NCBI GenBank assembly: GCA_964348785.1 | Contig: CAYGDO010000004.1 | Coordinates: 21,082 to 85,081 of the forward strand | DNA: 64,000 nucleotides | Source: an uncultured Candidatus Saccharibacteria bacterium | Lineage (GTDB): Bacteria; Patescibacteriota; Minisyncoccia; Phycocordibacterales; 2-02-FULL-43-11 | Direction: 5' to 3' | Shown: positions 57,619 through 64,000 of the stretch, in pieces | How positions within the stretch are numbered: position 1 is the first letter of the stretch | Layout: each line of letters starts with the position of its first letter | The notes under the pieces: model-generated | The model's input: the letters and a program-made list of their open reading frames with translations, nothing else | The model's database searches: none | What the model was told of the DNA's origin: nothing | Translations under genes and position numbers: made by a program

Positions 57619-59169
57619 TTAAATTCTTAATCTTGCCAGAGCATTATTTATTAATATTTTCTTTGGCCCTGTTGCTTTACCAGCCTGTTCTCTTACAACG
57701 CCTATCAAAAATTGCTTAGCTTCATCTCCGGTCTTTTCCCCAACAACAGAACCTCTCCTTGAAATAAAGTTTGTTATGAGCATAAGAGTTTTGCCCAAGG
57801 CCCCTCCTTCATTGCCATTACCTATCTTATCAAATATTGTTTCAGCTTCCTCAATTAAAACATCCTCTATTGCAGTTTGTATCTCTGACCTCTTTTGATC
57901 TGCATTTTCCACATATTCAGTGTCATCATCAGTCCTTATGTTAGCAATCATTCTTCTGGCCTCCTCCAATTTCTTAATTCTCTGTTCTGGTCTCAAACCA
58001 TCCTTACGTGCCTCATTATTAATTTGAGCATACCGTGCTTCAATTTTCCTTTTAATAACTCCGGAAAGTGCCTGAATGCCAGAATAAACCTTCAAGACCC
58101 CTTGGCGTGCTTTATCATGTTCTTCCTTTGACTGTCCTAACAAATCACTAAGCTGTTCCGCTTTTCTTGCAGAAGCTTCAACTTTTGCTAATTCAGAATT
58201 AACTTTCTTTAAATCTTCAGCCACAATCTTAGACATCTTAAACTTTATAGACACTCTTTCGACTAAAGATTTTCCGGCAGTTTTTTCTTCTTGAATTTTT
58301 TCAAAGGCTTCTTTTTGTTCTGACTTTTCTCTTACTTGCTCAGCTTCTTCTTCTAATTGTTCGAAGGTGACAATAATCTTATTAACAGCTGAAGCAAAAG
58401 TTGGTCTATCGATATCTTCCGCCTTCCATTTAGAATCTACAAAAAAATCATAGACATACTGTGGCTGTTCTTGTTTCTCTTTCAAAAACCGCACAAAAGT
58501 CCTCATATCTTGCCTTCTATCAGAAACATTGCCTAAAACCTTTAACTGATTAAAAACATCTAAAACGCGTGGAGTCTTATCGTCCGCCAATATTTCCTCA
58601 AAAGCTCTGACAAACCCTCTTTCAGTCAAAATGCTTTCATCGAGGCCTCTTAATCTATCCAAAAAACTGACCTCTGATGCTAGCTCCAACATTTCCTGTC
58701 TTTCTGTAAGCTGTTCTCTTTTTTCAATTAAAGCATCCGCACCCCCCAATCTGGCAATTTCTTGTTCAGTCCTTGTTATTTCCCCAGGTAATTCATTGTA
58801 AGCCTTAATGATTTTCAATTTTTCTGCAAGTAACTCTGGATTTTCTAACGCCTCTTGATCAATCTCATTAGTTATAGCCTCAAAATCAGCGTCTGCTAAA
58901 GTAATGCCTGTTTCTGTTTTAAATTTATCTTTAAGAGTTTTAACTATCGCCTTTTTTACATCATCTGCACCTTTAAATGCTTGAAAATGTTTTTCAATTG
59001 TCTCAGGATAACTTGGATCGTTTGGATCCAAATCTTCAGTACCATCAATTTTAGCCAAAAAATCAGGAAACCTTGGGTAATTTAAAGCCGTTTCAACATC
59101 AAAAGTCTGACGTGTTGTCTCTACAACATCCGCATTTTCGTTTCTTGGTCTATTTGGTTGACTAGACAT
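57619..59169 (-). CDS. hypothetical coiled-coil protein
   Basis: 516 aa. Long Glu/Lys-rich heptad-like stretches, no TM. Confidence 0.45.
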   Translation of the reverse strand: MSSQPNRPRNENADVVETTRQTFDVETALNYPRFPDFLAKIDGTEDLDPNDPSYPETIEKHFQAFKGADDVKKAIVKTLKDKFKTETGITLADADFEAITNEIDQEALENPELLAEKLKIIKAYNELPGEITRTEQEIARLGGADALIEKREQLTERQEMLELASEVSFLDRLRGLDESILTERGFVRAFEEILADDKTPRVLDVFNQLKVLGNVSDRRQDMRTFVRFLKEKQEQPQYVYDFFVDSKWKAEDIDRPTFASAVNKIIVTFEQLEEEAEQVREKSEQKEAFEKIQEEKTAGKSLVERVSIKFKMSKIVAEDLKKVNSELAKVEASARKAEQLSDLLGQSKEEHDKARQGVLKVYSGIQALSGVIKRKIEARYAQINNEARKDGLRPEQRIKKLEEARRMIANIRTDDDTEYVENADQKRSEIQTAIEDVLIEEAETIFDKIGNGNEGGALGKTLMLITNFISRRGSVVGEKTGDEAKQFLIGVVREQAGKATGPKKILINNALARLRI

Positions 59170-59198
59170 TTATTTAATATATTTTAACCTAATAAAAA

Positions 59199-60128
59199 TT
59201 ATTTCCTGTCTGGATTACCCCAATCTTTTGGACTTCCCTTAAAAGGATTCCTCCAATGATCACTAGCTTGTCCGCCCGATACGCCACCATCCATGCCTAC
59301 TGAATAACCGACACTTCCACCCTGATTGACACTTCGAGCAGTTCCTCCATTTTTATATGATTCCCTTTCTCTATCCAAACGACTCAGTTCCTCCATAAAC
59401 CCTCTCGGCATTTTAGGGTGAGGAAATTGTGGTCTCTCTCCTTTTTTAATCAACAAACAATGTTTCAAAACTGCCTCAAAATTATAATTATTTGGTGATT
59501 CATTATTTTTTTTCAAAACCGAGAAAAAAACAAATTTTATAAAATCTTTCTCATTCATACGTAAATAATCAGGTAAATTCACACCCCTATCATGCCCATA
59601 TTCACCGCCATAACCACCAGAAGGAGTACTCCCACTAAAAGTTTGGCCAGGAAAAACACTTCCCGAATTGACACTCCCAGAGCCAATGCTCCCTGAACCA
59701 ACACTTCCTGAAAAAGCACTGGTCTGTTCAGATGAATTTGTCTTTTTTTGACCAGGCCATTCTCCGCGAGTAACAGTTGGAACCGTTGGTTGTTTTTGTA
59801 ATGTGTTAGTACTAGATTGATTTTGAGCAAAAGATTCATTACCCCCCAATAAACCCGCCAACAAAACACCAATCTTACCCATTTTGCCTAACAAACCTGA
59901 TTTACCACTTTTTGGTAATTCTATCTCTTCCTCACTGTTTACATTCAAATCAGGGATTTCTTCAGTACCTAAATCTTCTTCTAATTGTCTTCTGGCCTCT
60001 TCCAGTTCAAGTGATTCAGTTTTTAAATCAGTCTGTCTTAAAACAAAATCCTTGCCTCCAGCAACCGATCCTTCAGCACCAGAACTTTCCAAAACGTCTT
60101 CACCTTCCAATTTTATTTTTTCATTCAT
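59199..60128 (-). CDS. hypothetical Gly/Ser-rich protein with central hydrophobic segment
   Basis: 309 aa. GKIGVLLAGLLGG helix and a SGSVGSGSIGSGSVNSGSV low-complexity region. Confidence 0.4.
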   Translation of the reverse strand: MNEKIKLEGEDVLESSGAEGSVAGGKDFVLRQTDLKTESLELEEARRQLEEDLGTEEIPDLNVNSEEEIELPKSGKSGLLGKMGKIGVLLAGLLGGNESFAQNQSSTNTLQKQPTVPTVTRGEWPGQKKTNSSEQTSAFSGSVGSGSIGSGSVNSGSVFPGQTFSGSTPSGGYGGEYGHDRGVNLPDYLRMNEKDFIKFVFFSVLKKNNESPNNYNFEAVLKHCLLIKKGERPQFPHPKMPRGFMEELSRLDRERESYKNGGTARSVNQGGSVGYSVGMDGGVSGGQASDHWRNPFKGSPKDWGNPDRK

Positions 60129-60135
60129 ACTTAAA

Positions 60136-60939
60136 TTATATTCTAGTTAATATTTCTGGGCCATTATCTAAAATAGCCACAGTATGTTCAAAGTGAGCGC
60201 TTTTGGAACCATCCCTAGTTTTATACGTAAAACCATCGGAAGCCAAAATAATTTCGCTTTTTCCAATATTCAACATTGGCTCGATAGCAATAACCATACC
60301 CGAAAAAAGTTTAGAGCCCTCTCCTTTTTTACCGTAATTAGGAATAAAAGGATCTTCATGAACAGCATAACCCACACCGTGACCTGCAAGTTCTCTTATA
60401 ATCCCGTACCCATGAGGTTTAACAAAATTTTCTATAGCAAAACCAATATCACCAGTAAAATTACCGATCTTTGCTTCTTTTATACCGACATAGAGAGACT
60501 CTTTGGTTATATTTAACAATTTTTGATCCGCTTCACTAACTTTGCCAATAGCAACCGTGATGGCTGAATCTGTAAACAAGCCTTTATGAATAATACCTCC
60601 ATCAATACTGACAATATCCCCTTCTTTGAAAATCCTTGGATTAATATTCGGAACGCCGTGAACCACTTCATCATTAACAGAGACACAAATAGAAGCAGGG
60701 TAAGCCACCTTACTACCCCGAGCTTTATAATTCAAAAATGATGGTTTATCTCCATTTTTTTCAATAATTGAAAAAGCTAAGTTATCTAAATCTAACGAAG
60801 AAACTCCAACCTTTGCATTCAAAGCTAATTCCAAAAGCAAAGAAGCAAGACGTCTTCCGCCCTCTCTTAAAATTACTATTTCTTCTTTATTTTTTAATTG
60901 GGGTTTCTGTGAATGCATCAAATTTAGCAGGTTTACCAC
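60136..60939 (-). CDS. map: type I methionine aminopeptidase
   Basis: 267 aa. Metal ligands in VVHGVP...DIVSIDGG...HGVGYAVHEDP...EPML...EHT context. Confidence 0.88.
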   Translation of the reverse strand: MVNLLNLMHSQKPQLKNKEEIVILREGGRRLASLLLELALNAKVGVSSLDLDNLAFSIIEKNGDKPSFLNYKARGSKVAYPASICVSVNDEVVHGVPNINPRIFKEGDIVSIDGGIIHKGLFTDSAITVAIGKVSEADQKLLNITKESLYVGIKEAKIGNFTGDIGFAIENFVKPHGYGIIRELAGHGVGYAVHEDPFIPNYGKKGEGSKLFSGMVIAIEPMLNIGKSEIILASDGFTYKTRDGSKSAHFEHTVAILDNGPEILTRI

Positions 60940-63900
60940 CTACACCTTTTAAATCCCATACTACTCGCTTCATATAATCTTGCCAACCAGTAAGACCTCC
61001 GTGCAACAACACCACACCACCTTTCCTAGTTTCCCAGTTTCTAGCTACTTCATATTTTGCTTGTGAAGATGGTACCGGATTAAACTTTGGCACATCTACA
61101 ATCTTACACGTCTCCTCAACAACTCCGTCTATAATAGCAAAATCTTTAGGATGTCTTTCTTTTAGATTTTTTGGTGATCTAAAATATTCCGAACAAAGTT
61201 CAGCCCAGTATTCTTCAGCTTTCAAATCAAATTTTTTCTCATCAATACTCTCTACATAAGAAAACTTTATTCGATCATCACTATTTAACCTCCCAATAAT
61301 AGAATCAAGAAGTGCCAACCTTCTTTCATAAGGTAAATTAAAATTTGAAATCCAATCATTGGCATGACCGACTTCATGAGAAAAGACATCGTCCAGTGCC
61401 TTAGGAGCTAAGTTACTTGGAGACTTATTATCAGCTAATTTAACTTCAAAATTACTATTAGTATAAAAATTTAAAGAGCGAGTTGCTTGGTTATAAGTAC
61501 CCACCACTCTCCCTGTAACATTAGTCCCGTATCTTTGAAGAGTGTTGGTATCTTGTCCTGTTGAATAATTGATAGCCAAAAACTTTCCTGAAACCCAACC
61601 TTTTGGATAAAAACCATTCTCATCACTCCAAACAACTTTTAAGTTATCCGCCAATTCTGGATCAATCTGTTCAAAACCGGAAACAATTGGAGCATTTGGA
61701 AGAACTTTCAAACCATCAGCTAAATGCAACTTCGCTAAATAAAGTGGAGAAACATAATTAGTTAAACCTCTTTCCATTGCAACAACTTCTGCTCCTTTCA
61801 ACTGAGCAGGTGCATTTGTTCGCGACTCTTCTATATGTTCAATTCTGTTAGTTGAAGCTGATGGTGTCATACCAGGATCAGATTCTTCTGTTTTTTTACC
61901 CTCTTTATCACCATAAAGTAATAAAAGACCCCCGGCAACAACAGACAATCCGCCACCAGTAATTGCCCACTTATGCCAACTTTTCCCTTTTTCTTGTCTA
62001 ACATCTCTCAATGTTGGCGCTGATTCTTGAGGTTCATCTTCAACGGCTCTTTCCGGTGTTCCACTCCTTCTCCTACCGCCTGATAAAATTTCCTCTCTTC
62101 TTCTTCGAACGTCCTCAGGCGACATTGAAACAGGTTCTACAGGGGTCACCTCAGAACGATTAGGTCGCGGAGCGACCGGCAATTTCCTTTTTGGCGGTTT
62201 TGGCTCTAAATCTGTAGCTTCTTCTCTTTCTGGGGCATCTTCTGCCTCCCCTTCATCTGTAGGACCAGGTCCAGCTTGTTCAGGCGTCCCACGTTTTTCC
62301 GCCTTTAGTTTTTTAGCTAATCCTATCTTTTGATCCAATAACCACTTGGCATTTCTAAATATTTCTTCCAAATCATTTTGTTCAATCGCAAAATCTGCAA
62401 AAGTCCCATCTCCCACTGTCACACTATCTAAATTCTTTTTTCTAAATTGAGCAAAATCCTTAAGCTCCTGAAAATCAGGCAAAAGCGGACTCCTAACGGA
62501 AACCTTATTGTGCAAAAATACTAACCTAGTTAAAGCCCAACAAAAAACAGAATCTGGATCAAGTGAATCCATTGAAGGTGCGATAAAATACCTCCGAACA
62601 CAATCTCTTAACGCCTTAAAATAGCCCTCTGTTCCTTCCTTAAGACTTGCATAATCTTCCTCAAAAGACTGTAAATCTAAATCTGTAGATTCTTGCTTTG
62701 ACTTTAAAAATAAACTGGTTCTTTGATCCGTCCCCTCAACCCCTCCCCTTTCTCCGTTTTCTACTCGTCTTTCACCCTCGATCTCTTTTTTTGGATCTTC
62801 AATTTTCTCTGTCCCACCCTCTTTCTTACCGTCAACTTTTGGAGCACCGACACCTTCCTGACGTCCTGTGCCAGAAACATCCCCAGGGTTATCAGGGGGC
62901 AAATCAGACGTGACATCATCCATCGAAACACCTTCACCTTGATCAGCTGGGCCAGGAACATCTCCATCTTCTAGCGCTGGTGGCATACCTCCCATATCTA
63001 AATCAACTCTATCACCAAAATCAGTTCCACCTGGCTCTGACTCGTCATCAGCGCCTGCATCTGACTCAACTCTTTCAACTCCACCACCTACATCGCCAGA
63101 ACCGCCCCCACCGACATCCGAACCCTTTGCATTACTAAGACCATCTCCCACCGGTTTTTTCAGAGCCTTTCTCCTTTTTGCTTCCGCAATTCTTTGATCA
63201 AGAATATCTTTTGCTTTTTCAAAAATCGCCACCAAATCTGCAACCTCTATTGAAAAATCAGAAAAGTGCCTGCCGTCTTTTGTCTCCAAGCCATCAAATT
63301 TTGGTCTTTCTCTTTCACTAAATTCACCGGCGTCTTTCGAATCCACTAAAAATCTAAAACTGTTTCTGTCACTATGATAAGTTGCTAGTCTTGATAAGAA
63401 GCCCGCTAATGTCACTTCTTCTTCCAATTTCACCTTGCCCCCATCAAAAACCCGTCTAACTGCAGGTAATATAATATCCATCTTACTGATCGATTCTAGA
63501 CCTACATAGTAACTAATACTCGGATATTCCTTTTTCGCCATATCATCTATATGTGCCTCGTCTATAAACTTAAATGCTGGCCCTTCATAATTAAAACTAA
63601 ACGGAAAAGGAATTTTTTCTTTTAGTTTTTCCGGCGCTTGAGCTTTATCCGGAGTAGGCGATGGTGGAGGTGGCGGAGTTGGAGATGGAGTATCAGATTC
63701 TTTCTTTGGGTCTCCTCTTTCACTTCCACGACTATCCAATGCACGATCTAAGGCCCCCAACGCATCATCTGATAATCCTCCAAATCCACTTTGTGCTCCA
63801 ACCCCCTTTATACCTTCACCAGATTTTAGAGCCTCTATTTCTCCTTTCAACACCTTATTGCGCGCCCTCAAATCATTCATATAAGACGCCTGAGTAGCAT

Positions 63901-64000
63901 CAGTATCATCTAAACCATCAAATTCAGCTTCAAAAAAATCCCGTGGATTTCCCTTTACAACCTCATCCTTTCTTAATTTTCTAAGTTCATTAGTTAAAGT
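60887..64000 (-). CDS. giant membrane-spanning protein (over 1037 aa) with C-terminal HExxH zincin motif; 5' end beyond window
   Basis: The frame stays open upstream of the called ATG (63880) to the window end (40 more codons, no stop). Pro/acidic low-complexity linkers, duplicated about 150-aa module, single TM (WAITGGGLSVVAGGLLLLY) near residue 640, then FSHEVGHANDW. Confidence 0.5.
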   Translation of the reverse strand, partial: TLTNELRKLRKDEVVKGNPRDFFEAEFDGLDDTDATQASYMNDLRARNKVLKGEIEALKSGEGIKGVGAQSGFGGLSDDALGALDRALDSRGSERGDPKKESDTPSPTPPPPPSPTPDKAQAPEKLKEKIPFPFSFNYEGPAFKFIDEAHIDDMAKKEYPSISYYVGLESISKMDIILPAVRRVFDGGKVKLEEEVTLAGFLSRLATYHSDRNSFRFLVDSKDAGEFSERERPKFDGLETKDGRHFSDFSIEVADLVAIFEKAKDILDQRIAEAKRRKALKKPVGDGLSNAKGSDVGGGGSGDVGGGVERVESDAGADDESEPGGTDFGDRVDLDMGGMPPALEDGDVPGPADQGEGVSMDDVTSDLPPDNPGDVSGTGRQEGVGAPKVDGKKEGGTEKIEDPKKEIEGERRVENGERGGVEGTDQRTSLFLKSKQESTDLDLQSFEEDYASLKEGTEGYFKALRDCVRRYFIAPSMDSLDPDSVFCWALTRLVFLHNKVSVRSPLLPDFQELKDFAQFRKKNLDSVTVGDGTFADFAIEQNDLEEIFRNAKWLLDQKIGLAKKLKAEKRGTPEQAGPGPTDEGEAEDAPEREEATDLEPKPPKRKLPVAPRPNRSEVTPVEPVSMSPEDVRRRREEILSGGRRRSGTPERAVEDEPQESAPTLRDVRQEKGKSWHKWAITGGGLSVVAGGLLLLYGDKEGKKTEESDPGMTPSASTNRIEHIEESRTNAPAQLKGAEVVAMERGLTNYVSPLYLAKLHLADGLKVLPNAPIVSGFEQIDPELADNLKVVWSDENGFYPKGWVSGKFLAINYSTGQDTNTLQRYGTNVTGRVVGTYNQATRSLNFYTNSNFEVKLADNKSPSNLAPKALDDVFSHEVGHANDWISNFNLPYERRLALLDSIIGRLNSDDRIKFSYVESIDEKKFDLKAEEYWAELCSEYFRSPKNLKERHPKDFAIIDGVVEETCKIVDVPKFNPVPSSQAKYEVARNWETRKGGVVLLHGGLTGWQDYMKRVVWDLKGVGGKPAKFDAFTETPIKK

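Overview
This 64-kb window comes from an AT-rich bacterial genome; by eye, sampled 60-nt lines run about 25-35% GC. It is gene-dense, genes are short, and most run on the minus strand. The content and style suggest a CPR/Patescibacteria-like organism. The code appears standard (TGA is used as a stop and prfB is present).

Housekeeping genes identified: eno, gpmA-like, pyrG, ftsEX, prfB, gatCA, ligA, recG, ftsH, smpB, infC-rpmI-rplT, ndk, map, and an MBL/beta-CASP RNase-type hydrolase. There is an ECF sigma factor with a downstream membrane protein, and an ABC-2 exporter pair.

The largest feature is a complete type IV pilus / competence-pilus locus at about 21.5-36.0 kb. It contains pilM-pilN-pilO-like genes, pilB, a CheY-like receiver, pilT, pilC, at least six tandem pilin or pilin-like paralogs, pilD, three minor pilins, and a divergent comF.

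RNA genes: seven tRNAs, all hand-folded (Thr-CGU, Thr-GGU, Asp-GUC, Met-CAU, an initiator-type fMet-CAU with a C1-A72 mismatch, Ser-GCU, Ile-UAU). A tmRNA (ssrA, about 410 nt) lies directly downstream of smpB.

Most unusual observations:
- At least four GC-rich patches (about 50-57% GC, versus a genome that is strongly AT-rich) each abut a tRNA or tmRNA 3' end. Three of them carry direct repeats of that 3' end.
- One patch (36194-36670) is a tandem array of three tRNA-Ser-derived tRNA-like modules with covarying hairpins.
- Two patches carry short ORFs that share a protein motif. One patch encodes a signal-peptide beta-rich protein with a strong SD and a GTG start.
- These patches look like decayed tRNA/tmRNA-targeting integrative-element remnants, or a tRNA-derived structured repeat family. 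Neither can be confirmed without database searches.
- A minus-strand locus at 54.5-64 kb (runs off the window) encodes a soluble VirD4/TrwB-like coupling ATPase, coiled-coil and Gly/Ser-rich unknowns, and a protein of more than 1000 aa with a mid-protein TM helix and a C-terminal HEVGH zincin motif. This may be a T4SS-like or novel secretion/defence system.

No CRISPR array, rRNA or obvious transposase was seen.
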